64,000 nucleotides of DNA from an uncultured virus (IMG/VR IMGVR_UViG_3300042389_000736) (lineage: Duplodnaviria > Heunggongvirae > Uroviricota > Caudoviricetes): IMG/VR virus record IMGVR_UViG_3300042389_000736, positions 1-64,000 of that record; one strand, 5' to 3'. The position numbers and the translations under genes were made by a program. The notes below the pieces were generated by a model. The model searched no databases. It was not told the DNA's origin and worked only from the letters and a program-made list of their open reading frames with translations. Within the stretch, counting starts at the first letter, position 1, and the number at the start of each line of letters is the position of its first letter. Positions 1 through 9,753 of this stretch are shown here, in pieces.

Positions 1-69
1 ATCGACTACATCCACGACGACGTAGACGACGAGGAAGACAACTACGTTCCTCCCTACGAGGTATCGTGA
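1..69 (+). CDS. 3' end of an acidic hypothetical protein (partial)
   Basis: Frame 1 is open from the window edge (IDYIHDDVDDEEDNYVPPYEVS) to TGA at 67-69, with typical codon usage. Confidence 0.5.
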   Translation: MDYIHDDVDDEEDNYVPPYEVS

Positions 70-122
70 CTACCCCATACAGGCCGAATTGAATTGCAGT
101 ATGAGCGAAATGCTCATACTGC

Positions 123-135
123 AACAAGGCTTTAG
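123..135 (+). promoter_or_regulatory. late promoter AACA-N6-TAG (representative + strand copy)
   Basis: Same motif at 33631, 34503, 35093, 38020, 42758 and 60308 on the + strand. Confidence 0.75.
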
Positions 136-154
136 TCATATCATTGGAGCTGTC

Positions 155-664
155 ATGATTAACGTCTCCGAACTAAAACAGAAGTTCGACCTTCTGCCGG
201 TAGACAAGAACAACTGGGATCTCTACCAGAGCCTTCTTGACTTGGACATGTCCGTCTTCAAACCACTGATGGAAGAAATCCTTGAGGGTCGAATGGACAT
301 CGAGGACACCCGACCGATCTTCTCCAAGTACATGCCGAAGGTGGTAAGCGCGGTCAGAAACGAGGTCGAGAATAAGCGTCGGTTGATCAACACCGAGGAA
401 GAATTCCGGAAGAACCTCGTCCGGCGAGCTCTCACTCCGGACGAAGCGATCAAGGAAGTCCGAGTCACGAACCCGGCATACGAGGACATCAAAGGGGTGA
501 TGATCGACAAGTACGAAGAGGCCACCGGCGACAAGCTGACCGAGAGCCAGCGCAGAGCGATGCTCATTGCAATGGAGCAGACTCAGTACTTCGATATCGA
601 TCTGTATGGGAACAAAGAGAAGCAAGTCCGTCTCTCGGACATGCTTTCCGGTAGCCCTAGCTAA
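155..664 (+). CDS. hypothetical protein (late gene)
   Basis: ORF 89..664; start moved to ATG 155 (GGAG at 146-149, late promoter motif at 123-135). Confidence 0.7.
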   Translation: MINVSELKQKFDLLPVDKNNWDLYQSLLDLDMSVFKPLMEEILEGRMDIEDTRPIFSKYMPKVVSAVRNEVENKRRLINTEEEFRKNLVRRALTPDEAIKEVRVTNPAYEDIKGVMIDKYEEATGDKLTESQRRAMLIAMEQTQYFDIDLYGNKEKQVRLSDMLSGSPS

Positions 665-675
665 AGGAAAACAAA

Positions 676-1707
676 ATGGCAGAATTGCTACTCACGCAGA
701 ACGAGCTGGACGCGTACCTCTCATCGGTCGATCTCTCCGACCCGGCGATCAACAGCGTCTTCAACTCGATTCAGTTGCTCACTACGAACAACTACAACGA
801 CATTCTCTACTACCTCGTCAATGGGCGGCTGACCATCCAGCAGCTGATTCAGACTCCGATCAACAACGCCACTGCTCGGAACCTCATTGCAGCCGCCGAG
901 CAGGGCGGGAGTACAATCCTTGCGAGGAAAAAGTTCTACCAGAATTTCCTGTCTAAGCTGCCCAGCTTCATAGCCTTCGGGAACGACATGAAGAGCGTGC
1001 TGAGCACGTACATGTACTTTCTCGCATACCCGAGTTCGAATTTCGTCAAGACCGTCGAGATCGACTCCACCGGGCTCAGCACGACGAAATTCAACGGGAT
1101 TGCTCCTATCAAGGAGAAGCACAATCAGATCCTTGCGTACTGTAAGGCACAGCCACAGTGGTCTGCGCTCACGGCGTACTGCAGCCGCTACAACTTGAAC
1201 TCTCTGCTCGCAATCTTCGACAAAGAACTCAACACGTACGAGATGATCTCCACTGCGGATCGCAAGTATCTGTCGCTGAGAGCGTCTGCCAAGGACAGCA
1301 TCTGCGGATACGCAATCCGTGGACTGTACGGATTTTCTTACCGGGTCTACTACGCCGAGTATCTGGACTACATCGTCAGCCAGATGGCAGCGAAGTACGA
1401 TCAGGACGCCGCAAAGAACGGCGCGGTCGGTCTGAGGTACGCCCAGACGCTCAATAATTGGGACGTACTCCCTCGGAGCTCAACCGCGTCGGAGCTCATC
1501 AAGAACCTCGGTCAGCTCTACATGGTGTTCTACAAGTTCCCGTCGATCTACGGTTCTTCGTACTTCACTCAAGCCGAAATAAACAGCGCACGAGCAATGC
1601 TCTCCATCTACATCGGAGACGACGCGCTCAATCCGGGTTTCTTCGGGTACGTGAGGGCTTTCTTGGAGCTCTTCAACTCCCAGCTCGAAGCGCAGCTAGT
1701 TCCGTGA
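676..1707 (+). CDS. hypothetical protein, probably virion structural
   Basis: 343-aa ORF, AAGGA RBS, in a late operon leading to the portal gene. Confidence 0.65.
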   Translation: MAELLLTQNELDAYLSSVDLSDPAINSVFNSIQLLTTNNYNDILYYLVNGRLTIQQLIQTPINNATARNLIAAAEQGGSTILARKKFYQNFLSKLPSFIAFGNDMKSVLSTYMYFLAYPSSNFVKTVEIDSTGLSTTKFNGIAPIKEKHNQILAYCKAQPQWSALTAYCSRYNLNSLLAIFDKELNTYEMISTADRKYLSLRASAKDSICGYAIRGLYGFSYRVYYAEYLDYIVSQMAAKYDQDAAKNGAVGLRYAQTLNNWDVLPRSSTASELIKNLGQLYMVFYKFPSIYGSSYFTQAEINSARAMLSIYIGDDALNPGFFGYVRAFLELFNSQLEAQLVP

Positions 1708-1714
1708 GGAGATT

Positions 1715-2764
1715 ATGCCGAAACTTTCAATGTATGACCTTCGAAAATTCACTTCGAAGGTGGATCAGACAAATTTCCTGATCTTTGCAAAACTGCTGAA
1801 CCTGACAGACCAAGACCTGTTCAACCTCGTCATAGAACTGCTGAATGACAACCGGATCAATCTGTTCATGCTCAGCGGTCTCCCCATGATCAGCGACCAC
1901 ACGGTCAAGAACTTCGTAGAAAGCTACCTCATCCACGTCGATCCTCAAGTCTTGCACACCTCGAATGTGTCGGACTTCAGCGTGTCGGACTACATGGAGG
2001 GGCTGAAGGACGGGGCGAACGTCACCACCCTGATCGATCTGCTGAGAGCGTACAACGCTCAAGAGAACCTGAACTACGGTAAGCCCGGAAGGAAACTGAT
2101 CGGAGACATCAAGCTCACGCTCGACCGCTCAAGCTACTTCGGGTACAACAGTCTGCAGGACATCAAGACCGTCTTCGACCAGCACGTCAACTCCGACATC
2201 TGCAACGAGTTCCAGACGATCGACATCCAGTACGTGTTCCCAACACCGCAGTCCCTCCCGACCCCGAATTCGGACCGGGCGACAGCAGTGCGGACGTGGT
2301 ACTCCGACGTCTTTTCTCCGTTTCTGGGAGTCTTGAACAACCAGAGCCTACACGGCCTCCTGTACAGCGTCGACGAGACGATGGCAAAGTCGCAGGAGTA
2401 CGTGGTCGAGTTCCACGAGATCTACAACTTCAAGCTCTACGGCGACAACATCCCGAAGCTGCACAACCAGACTGCGTTTGAGCTGGCTGCTCTCGGACGA
2501 CCCTACAACGATGCCGAGATCGCCGCCATCGAGGAGTCGATCTACAGCACATCGATCGTGCCGACGAGCCTGAGTGAGAGTATCTCCCTGAAGCTCTACA
2601 AGGCCCACATCGTTGCACTCCACAAGGGTTACGCCGGAGATGCAGCCTACGCTAGTAAGATTATCGACGACCTCGAAGTGATCATCGAGATGATCGAACA
2701 CTTCAAGAAAGTAGTCAATATGATCTTGAACCAAACTCACGAGAATTTTAAAGTAGTGACATGA
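1715..2764 (+). CDS. hypothetical protein, probably virion structural
   Basis: 349-aa ORF, GAGGAG RBS, directly upstream of portal. Confidence 0.65.
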   Translation: MPKLSMYDLRKFTSKVDQTNFLIFAKLLNLTDQDLFNLVIELLNDNRINLFMLSGLPMISDHTVKNFVESYLIHVDPQVLHTSNVSDFSVSDYMEGLKDGANVTTLIDLLRAYNAQENLNYGKPGRKLIGDIKLTLDRSSYFGYNSLQDIKTVFDQHVNSDICNEFQTIDIQYVFPTPQSLPTPNSDRATAVRTWYSDVFSPFLGVLNNQSLHGLLYSVDETMAKSQEYVVEFHEIYNFKLYGDNIPKLHNQTAFELAALGRPYNDAEIAAIEESIYSTSIVPTSLSESISLKLYKAHIVALHKGYAGDAAYASKIIDDLEVIIEMIEHFKKVVNMILNQTHENFKVVT

Positions 2765-2774
2765 AGGATTCTAC

Positions 2775-5213
2775 ATGGCAAAGAAAGATGAAACAAGGCT
2801 CCCGCTGAAGGTGAGCCAGTCCGCCCTCAAGGCTCTTGACCGCATGAAGAAGAGCACCGATACGATCGTGTCCGTGCAATCCGGAGTGACTAAAGAGCTG
2901 ATGAAGGCGGGTAGCGCACTGGACGAGCTCAACCAGAGCATCAACCGGAGCGTCCTCAAGACTTACAACAACTTCGTCGGTCTAGGTCAAGATTTCAATG
3001 CGCAGGAAGTCAATCAGATCCTCGCGCTGACCCAGAAGAACGCGACTCAGAAGAAGACCGACATGAAGAAGGTCGTCGCCGACTTCAAGAAATCGGTCCA
3101 GAGCAACGAGCAGACTCAAGAGCTGCTCAAGTCTCGCAAGGAGTACAAGGCGAGCCTCTACAGTTCGTACGACCTGATCGTCAGCATCATCCCGAAGATG
3201 AGACTGGCGCTGAACACGATCACGAACAGCATCATTTCTCCGGATGACTTCTCGAAGCGTTCGATGTCGATCTACTTCGACGACAAGAATCTCGCTCCGC
3301 AAGATGCCGAAGAAATTCGTCGCCGCATGCAGCGCCTGATGGAGAAGTACGGCATCGAGAAGGACCTCAAGGAGGACGTCGTCGATACGCTGGTGAAGGG
3401 AGAGAAGTTCTGGGCGATTCTGTCCATGAACGAGGAAATCAAATCTCTCCTCAAGGAAAGCGCGACCGAGAAGAACGGAGGGTATCACACCCTTGAAGGG
3501 ACTTGCTCCTCGATGCTGAACGAGCACGTCGCCACGGTAGAAGAGACCTGTCTCCTCGACGAGGGCGTCTACCTCTTCTCGGAAGACAAGAGCAAGGCCG
3601 ACCGCAGTAAGTTCGCCAGAGATCTCGACGATTTCATCGCCGATAACCTCGTCATCGGGTCTTCCACTCAGTTCCTCGCCGAGCACCAGTCTCTGACGGA
3701 AGAGCTTGAGAACTCCGCAGTCCTCAAGAGCACCCACGAGATGAGAGCTTCCGACCAGACGAAGCGCGAAGGAGACGTGCCGGACACCGCGATCGACGGC
3801 CTCCGTTTGGCCTCAGACAACGCCATCCTGAAGAAGCTGAAGGCAGACCACGTCGTCAAGCTCGAATACGATGACCGAGTTTATGGTTATGTCTACGTCG
3901 ATGCCATTGCCATCGACGAGAAGGATAAGACCGGAAAAGTCAAGAACTCGCCAGCAGAACAAGCCGGGAGCGATCAGAATCTGGTCACTGCCGGGGTGCA
4001 GGGCGTACTGTACTCGTCCTCCGACATCGACAAGGGCGTCACCGGCGAGAAGCGGGCGGTCATCAACGATCCGAAGCTGAAGTACATCGCAGACGTGTTC
4101 GTCAACCGTCTGTCGAAGAAGGAGAACATCCGCCTGCTCAAGAAGTCTGAGCAGCTGAAGCATGCGATCTACCACTCCTTGATCACCAAGCGGATCACGA
4201 AGGACGAGAAGATCCGCGTCGTGTTCTTCACTCCGGACGAGGTTGTCCACATCGACCGCAAGGAATCGATCTTCGACAACGTACTCTTCTTCGCCAAGTT
4301 GTACATCGCTACCCTGATCACGATCCTGATGCAGAACATCGTTCGTGGCGCGGACAAGCGGGCGTACTACATCGATATCGGTCTGGAGAACGATGCAGCT
4401 AACGCCATCAACGGCGTCATCCGAGACATCAAGTCCAAGGACCTGACGAACGTTCACAACATGGACATGACGTCCATGCTGAACATCCTCGGCGACTTCA
4501 ACGACTACTACATCCCCTCCATCGACGGCGAGAAGCCGATCGAGATCAGCACCGTGGACGGGCTGCAGAATATCTCCCTCGACAACGAGTTCCTGAACTG
4601 GTTGTCCAACAACATCTTCTCTGGGATCGGCCTGCCTGCCGCGTACCTGACCGAAGTCGACAACGTGGACTTCGCCAAGGCGCTCTCCATGCAGAACGCT
4701 CGCTTCATCCGCGACATCGTCTCCGAACAGAACACGTTCGGTTACGGTTACTCGGAGCTCCTGAAGAAACTGTACATGAAGGAGTTCGCAGCAGAGCTCT
4801 CCAGCAAGGGCAATGATGATGACTCCAACGGCAAAGAGAAGACCACGACTCGTCTCTTCGACGTAGACTCGATCGAGGCGAGGTTCCCCTCCCCGGTGAG
4901 CCTGAACATGACCAACCTCAACGACCAGATCGGCAACCTCACGACGCTGATCGATGCGCTGTCGGAGGTCATTGACGTCAAGTCCGAAGACAAGGACGCT
5001 GCGACACCCATCTTCAAGCGCGAGATGTTCCGCAAGTATCTGCCCAACGTCAACTGGGAGGATGTGGACGGAATCGTCGCGAAGGTGAAGAAGGAGATCC
5101 TCACGTCCAAGATCAAGGCAAAACAGCCCGAAGGCGACGGTTCGGAAGAACCCGACGCTCCTGACGCCACCAGTGCGCCTAGTACCGACGTCAGCATGGA
5201 CGACATGGAGTAA
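2775..5213 (+). CDS. portal protein (jumbo phage, T4 gp20-like)
   Basis: 812 aa; segments such as IVRGADKRAYYIDIG, DYYIP, IEISTVDG and GIGLPAAYL resemble T4-gp20-type portal motifs. Confidence 0.7.
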   Translation: MAKKDETRLPLKVSQSALKALDRMKKSTDTIVSVQSGVTKELMKAGSALDELNQSINRSVLKTYNNFVGLGQDFNAQEVNQILALTQKNATQKKTDMKKVVADFKKSVQSNEQTQELLKSRKEYKASLYSSYDLIVSIIPKMRLALNTITNSIISPDDFSKRSMSIYFDDKNLAPQDAEEIRRRMQRLMEKYGIEKDLKEDVVDTLVKGEKFWAILSMNEEIKSLLKESATEKNGGYHTLEGTCSSMLNEHVATVEETCLLDEGVYLFSEDKSKADRSKFARDLDDFIADNLVIGSSTQFLAEHQSLTEELENSAVLKSTHEMRASDQTKREGDVPDTAIDGLRLASDNAILKKLKADHVVKLEYDDRVYGYVYVDAIAIDEKDKTGKVKNSPAEQAGSDQNLVTAGVQGVLYSSSDIDKGVTGEKRAVINDPKLKYIADVFVNRLSKKENIRLLKKSEQLKHAIYHSLITKRITKDEKIRVVFFTPDEVVHIDRKESIFDNVLFFAKLYIATLITILMQNIVRGADKRAYYIDIGLENDAANAINGVIRDIKSKDLTNVHNMDMTSMLNILGDFNDYYIPSIDGEKPIEISTVDGLQNISLDNEFLNWLSNNIFSGIGLPAAYLTEVDNVDFAKALSMQNARFIRDIVSEQNTFGYGYSELLKKLYMKEFAAELSSKGNDDDSNGKEKTTTRLFDVDSIEARFPSPVSLNMTNLNDQIGNLTTLIDALSEVIDVKSEDKDAATPIFKREMFRKYLPNVNWEDVDGIVAKVKKEILTSKIKAKQPEGDGSEEPDAPDATSAPSTDVSMDDME

Positions 5214-5216
5214 AAG

Positions 5217-5252
5217 TGAAGCCCCCTTACGGATTGACCGTAAGGGGGATTT
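5217..5252. terminator. bidirectional intrinsic terminator
   Basis: CCCCCTTACGG-ATTGA-CCGTAAGGGGG hairpin with flanking A/T tracts. Confidence 0.85.
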
Positions 5253-5349
5253 TCACAGAGATTCTTGGCAGGATTGGCAGATCGGAAGTGACGGAAAGGT
5301 AGTCGTCTATGAATTTGGCCGACAACGCCAATTTCTGCTTCGTATCTCT
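5217..5349 (-). ncRNA. candidate late small RNA (~130 nt)
   Basis: AACA-TCCTGA-TAG promoter at 5348-5360(-), no ATG ORF, nested stems (AGAGAU/AUCUCU, GCAGA/UCUGC, UUGGC/GCCAA, GACG/CGUC), ends in terminator. Confidence 0.55.
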
Positions 5350-5386
5350 ATCAGGATGTTCGAATATCCCAACCGACCGTAGTGAC

Positions 5387-5430
5387 AAAAAAGAACCTCA
5401 ATGGCCCCGAAGGACCATTGAGGGTTCTTT
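5387..5430 (-). terminator. intrinsic terminator after tail tube gene
   Basis: CTCAATGG..CC-CGAA-GG..CCATTGAG hairpin, A7 tract on the plus strand. Confidence 0.8.
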
Positions 5431-5441
5431 CCGCGCCTCGA

Positions 5442-6224
5442 TTAGGCCGAAGGAACGCTGGAAGCGTATTCGGACAGGTTGAGGAAGTCGTTCTCGTTGT
5501 AGAACTTGTACACCTTGGAGGTGCTCATCTGGGCGGCTGCGAATGCTTCCACAGCTTGACCGAAGTTCATGTAACCCTTGAACTCCTGCTCGTTCTCAGC
5601 GAATTCGTGCGAGCCGGATTCGTAGTTGAAGTGTTGCAGGAAGATCTTGGTCGGCATGACGTGGGTGAACAGACAAGCGAACTCGATGTTCGACTTGTCA
5701 GCGCCGACGCCGAAGTTGTCGGCGTCAGGACGGGTCACCACGTAGAGCAGGATGCCGGTGTGGTTGTTGGAGTGGTAAGGCACGTTGTGCTTCTTCGGGT
5801 ACGTCGCGATGCCGGTCTTCGGATCGCGGATACCAGAGGTCCACTCGTTGTAGTACTTGGTGATCGGAGCGCCAGACTGCTCTTGGTACTTCAGGGTGAA
5901 GCCCTCGGCCTTCTGCATGGTGCCCTTCGCGAACGACAGTTCGTTGTTCGTGAAGCCAGCGGTGATCGCGCCGGTATCCAGTTGGATGTCGGACAGACCG
6001 CTGAAAGCCTTGAAGTTGCGCTCGGTCAGCTGCTTGAATTCGGCACCGTTGTCGGCACCGATCCAGTCAGGGACTTTGATCCACTTGATGAAAGCGTAAC
6101 CGGAAACGTACGGGTCCTTCATGTTGGCCCCGTGATGAACGTGACCGTTGAAGAACGACTCCTGAGACGGAGTCACGGTGTGGTTCGTCAGGTTCGGTTC
6201 GCGGATGAGGTTGGTGTTTGCCAT
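5442..6224 (-). CDS. tail tube protein
   Basis: 260 aa, immediately downstream of the sheath; FTLKYQE..G.PI...YNEW..GIRDPKTG pattern typical of jumbo phage tube proteins. Confidence 0.75.
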   Translation of the reverse strand: MANTNLIREPNLTNHTVTPSQESFFNGHVHHGANMKDPYVSGYAFIKWIKVPDWIGADNGAEFKQLTERNFKAFSGLSDIQLDTGAITAGFTNNELSFAKGTMQKAEGFTLKYQEQSGAPITKYYNEWTSGIRDPKTGIATYPKKHNVPYHSNNHTGILLYVVTRPDADNFGVGADKSNIEFACLFTHVMPTKIFLQHFNYESGSHEFAENEQEFKGYMNFGQAVEAFAAAQMSTSKVYKFYNENDFLNLSEYASSVPSA

Positions 6225-6250
6225 AGCTTATTCCTTATCTCTCGACCAGA

Positions 6251-8287
6251 TTAGCGGTTCACGACGAAGTCGATGAAGATACGCTCGATCAGACCGGTGA
6301 AGATCATGTCCACGCGAACGCGGGCAATCTTCTGTTGACGGTCGTAGTCGGAGGCGTAGACAGCACCGGAGATGGTCTTGCAGGTCCTGTTGGAAACCCA
6401 CTTCTGCAGGTAGCTGTTCAGGTTGTAAGACATCGACTCGTGGGTGATCGCGTCGTTGAACTCGTCGCGGTACTCGTCCATCATCGCTTCGACGTCACGC
6501 TTGATGCGCATCAGCGCACGGACGTTGTTGATGTTGGACAGAGCAGAGTTGACGGTCTGCGCAGTCAGCTGCGTACCGAAGTTGATGCGCTTCGGATCCT
6601 TCTCGACGTAGTTGACCTGCGCCTTGTAGAGGGATTCCTTCCACATCTCGTTCGGGAAGAAGTTGATCTGGTCGAAGCCGGAGATCGTGCCACGGCGGGG
6701 GCCGGTGAAGGACCACTGGACGCCAAACTGCTCGTCGTTTGCCGGAATCTTCTTGGCCAGGAAGTAGGTCATGGTGACCTTGATGTTCTGGCCGGTGTAC
6801 TCGTCGTAAACCACCGCGTCTTGGCCGAAAATGGCAGTGCGGAAGTTGGACATGGAGATGGAACCGTGGCGGAAGTCGATCGTCTGCTGGGCGGTCGCTT
6901 GGAAGCCGCAGTCGAGGATTGCCACGCAGTCTTCGCGCATCACGTCTGCGAACTCGGACATCGCGTTCTTCACGGAAGCCGGGTTGTTGCCGTCGAGCAG
7001 CACGTCGAAGAGGTACTGTTTCTTGTCGAGGATCACGCTGTCGATCTCGGCTTTGTAAGCCTTGTTCAGCAGGGACTCTTCGCTGAAGTCAGCGATCTGA
7101 ACCCACAGAGCCGGGTTGGCACCAGTCGGATCGGCAGACTTGTCGTACACCGGACCCCAAGTGCCGTCGTGGCCACCCATCAGGTAGCAGACGTCGGACA
7201 GATCGGGAGCGAAAGACAGAGTCTTCCAGTTGTCCTGATAGTCTTCCGGGTTCGGCACGTCGACGTTGTTGACCTTGGGAGTCGCGAACTTGACGCCTTG
7301 GTTGTGGTGGATGGCGGCAGCGGTGAAGGACGGGGAGGCAGTGCCTTGGCCGGACGCATACACTTGAACGCCAGAACGCTCCTTGCCGAAGAAGACGTCC
7401 AGATGCAGCGGGTTGACGCCGCTGATGTCGGGATCGTGACCGGCAGTGCCATCAACGCCCATGTCGAAGTCGATGATGAAGGAACGAACTTCCTCCATGC
7501 GGTCTTCGTACTCGTCGGCGATGGCGACCTTCAGGAACTTGGAGTACTTGTTCAGCACGTTTGCGAAGAACAGGGACTCGCGGCTGCGATCCTTGGCGGT
7601 CTTCTCGAAGGAGACCGTGTAGGGACCGTCGACAACCACGTCAGCGCCGGTGATGTCCTTGGCGGTGATTTCCAGACCGTAGGTACGGAAGTCGTACGTA
7701 TTGTCCAGACCGTCCTTCACGGACAGGCGGATGCCCATCTTGTTGTACGCCTTGCCACGACCGTACGGGTAGAACACGGCCAGCGGGTACACCTTGGTGG
7801 TGGAGGGAACGGGATGGCCGGTGCCGAGCACGTCGGTCATGGCGGAGGTGTTCGCCATATCCGGTGCGGTGTTGACCAGAGTCTCCATCGCTTCCAGACT
7901 AGCGGCGGAAGTGCCGACAGTGTTCTTGGAACCGACGTTGGAGATCAGAGGAACAACGGTTTTGGAACCGTTCACGTTGTCCAGACCGAGGGACAGGACG
8001 ATGTTGGAGTACTCTGCATCACCCGGCAGAACACGGATGAAGTAAGCCTCACCGCCTGCGCCCAGCCAGTTGTACACGTTGTACATGGACTGGCCGGTGA
8101 TCGGCATGTTGGGTTCGCCGAAGATGAACTTGGCTTCATCCTTGGTGGTGAGTCTTGTCAGAATGTTGTCAGGGCCTTTCACGGCCTTGCCGCATGCGAA
8201 AAGAACCGTCGTACCCGCCGCAGTCTGGAAGACGAACGAGTTGTCGATGATTCTCGAATGCACTGACGGATGCAAATATTCAGGCAT
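6251..8287 (-). CDS. contractile tail sheath protein
   Basis: MPEYLHPSVHSRIID start (ATG 8287); C-terminal GPRRGTI, LYKAQVNYV, SALSNINNVR, IERIFIDFVV sheath motifs. Confidence 0.9.
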   Translation of the reverse strand: MPEYLHPSVHSRIIDNSFVFQTAAGTTVLFACGKAVKGPDNILTRLTTKDEAKFIFGEPNMPITGQSMYNVYNWLGAGGEAYFIRVLPGDAEYSNIVLSLGLDNVNGSKTVVPLISNVGSKNTVGTSAASLEAMETLVNTAPDMANTSAMTDVLGTGHPVPSTTKVYPLAVFYPYGRGKAYNKMGIRLSVKDGLDNTYDFRTYGLEITAKDITGADVVVDGPYTVSFEKTAKDRSRESLFFANVLNKYSKFLKVAIADEYEDRMEEVRSFIIDFDMGVDGTAGHDPDISGVNPLHLDVFFGKERSGVQVYASGQGTASPSFTAAAIHHNQGVKFATPKVNNVDVPNPEDYQDNWKTLSFAPDLSDVCYLMGGHDGTWGPVYDKSADPTGANPALWVQIADFSEESLLNKAYKAEIDSVILDKKQYLFDVLLDGNNPASVKNAMSEFADVMREDCVAILDCGFQATAQQTIDFRHGSISMSNFRTAIFGQDAVVYDEYTGQNIKVTMTYFLAKKIPANDEQFGVQWSFTGPRRGTISGFDQINFFPNEMWKESLYKAQVNYVEKDPKRINFGTQLTAQTVNSALSNINNVRALMRIKRDVEAMMDEYRDEFNDAITHESMSYNLNSYLQKWVSNRTCKTISGAVYASDYDRQQKIARVRVDMIFTGLIERIFIDFVVNR

Positions 8288-8364
8288 AGTTTCTTTCCTT
8301 AAGTGAGAAAGTGTGCATAGCTTCCGAAGCCCTTGCACAATGTCAAAGGTTTTGGGATAGCCTT

Positions 8365-8377
8365 CTAAGTAGTTGTT
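8365..8377 (-). promoter_or_regulatory. late promoter AACA-N6-TAG of the sheath-tube operon (representative - strand copy)
   Basis: Same motif at 5348, 9110, 15167, 17001, 18282, 25467 and 62061 on the - strand. Confidence 0.75.
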
Positions 8378-8390
8378 TGGGAGGACCCTG

Positions 8391-9089
8391 TCAATATTTG
8401 AGGATCTTCTCTACCGGCGAGATGATCTGGTCCTTTTCGCCGCGAGACATGATGACTGCGGACTGCAACGACTTATTGATGTCTTCGAAGGAGATTGCGT
8501 TGAAGACGGAGGTGACGCGGGAGATCTCCTTGATCGAGATGAGCTTGAAATCCTTCGGCGAAACGCTCTTGTCCTTCAAGGCGAGGCGGAGAGGCTTCGT
8601 CTCATCCTTGTCCCAGCGGACCAACTCGGACGTGATAGCTTCGATGACGACCGGCTGAGACGCTACACGGGTGTCGTTCATCTGAGCGTTCTTGGAGAAC
8701 AGGCCGATCAGCTCTTCCGGAGAATTCACGTTGATCTTTGCGGCGATCAAGTAGTTTAGGAACTTATTGACCGAATCGACCCGCTTGAAGTACGTGGTCG
8801 ACTCGATGATTACGTCTTCCGGTTCGAACGTCACGTACTTCCCTTCGGAGTCGTCGGTGGCATTGAACGCGTTGATTTTGATGACAACAGGAAGGTTGAC
8901 CTGATAGTCTTTGTACTTGGCGAAAGAGGCGTCGTCCGAGACCCTCATCACGAAGAAGCCGAGAGTCTGGATGTCGGTGTCGATCACCTCTGCCAGTTCA
9001 TCCTCGAACATCTGCTTCGAGATGATCACTCGGATGTACTTCTTCGCGATCACCTTGTTGTCTTTCTGCTCTATGAAGGGAAACTTCAT
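8391..9089 (-). CDS. RNA polymerase beta' extreme C-terminal fragment (probably virion RNAP)
   Basis: LISIKEISRVTSVFNAISFEDINKSL resembles RpoC [27 protein letters not shown]; RBS AAGGA before ATG 9089; late promoter at 9110-9122. Confidence 0.65.
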   Translation of the reverse strand: MKFPFIEQKDNKVIAKKYIRVIISKQMFEDELAEVIDTDIQTLGFFVMRVSDDASFAKYKDYQVNLPVVIKINAFNATDDSEGKYVTFEPEDVIIESTTYFKRVDSVNKFLNYLIAAKINVNSPEELIGLFSKNAQMNDTRVASQPVVIEAITSELVRWDKDETKPLRLALKDKSVSPKDFKLISIKEISRVTSVFNAISFEDINKSLQSAVIMSRGEKDQIISPVEKILKY

Positions 9090-9153
9090 CTTGAATTCCT
9101 TACAGTGATCTAGGTAGATGTTCCCGTATGGCGTTAACCATACGGGAGACACA

Positions 9154-9753
9154 TCACACTTTCTTGAAGATCTCGTAAGCCTTACCGCCGAGTACCGGAA
9201 TCAGGCCGAGGCGGGAGTTGGTGCGCATGATCATGAAGGCGAACTTCACGAAGACGGCGTACTCCTTCGGGTTAGCGCAGTTCTTGGCGAACAGGTTCAC
9301 CGTGTTGAACATGCAGATCATCTTCTCGCGGAACTCGGCGTCCTTGATAGAGTCGATGGTCTGCATCACCTTCTGGTAGTGGAGGCCGACGATCCGGTTG
9401 CGGCGGTACAGGGAGCGCATTTCGCGTTCGTCCGTCAGGCGCAGGGAATTTAGGCGCTTCACCCCGGAGATGTCCACCATCTCCAGAATCTTCTCGGAGT
9501 TATTGATCAGATCGGCGTTCATCAAGACGTTCTTGGCTGCGGCAATCTGGTGGGGCTGGCTCTCGGGGTCGGCGATGTCGGCTTCTGCCTTCTTCGTCAT
9601 CCCCTCAAGGTACATGTTCATCACATCGACGTAGCCCTTGCGGATGTCTTCCACGTCTTGCTTCAGCGCGGCCAGCTTGCCAGCCACGTCCTCTTGGAGG
9701 TCGAATTCTTCGCCCAACTCTTCAAGAGTCACTTCGTCCTTTTGTTCTTGCAT
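9154..9753 (-). CDS. hypothetical protein
   Basis: 199-aa ORF in the terminase operon, coupled to the upstream stop codon. Confidence 0.7.
   Translation of the reverse strand: MQEQKDEVTLEELGEEFDLQEDVAGKLAALKQDVEDIRKGYVDVMNMYLEGMTKKAEADIADPESQPHQIAAAKNVLMNADLINNSEKILEMVDISGVKRLNSLRLTDEREMRSLYRRNRIVGLHYQKVMQTIDSIKDAEFREKMICMFNTVNLFAKNCANPKEYAVFVKFAFMIMRTNSRLGLIPVLGGKAYEIFKKV

Noticed and set aside
6335..8266. Long antisense ORFs (e.g. 6335..8266+, 28026..29843-, 44910..46823+, 11429..12682+)
   Set aside because: Shadow frames of well-supported genes, caused by strong C/G third-position bias; no RBS and no recognisable motifs
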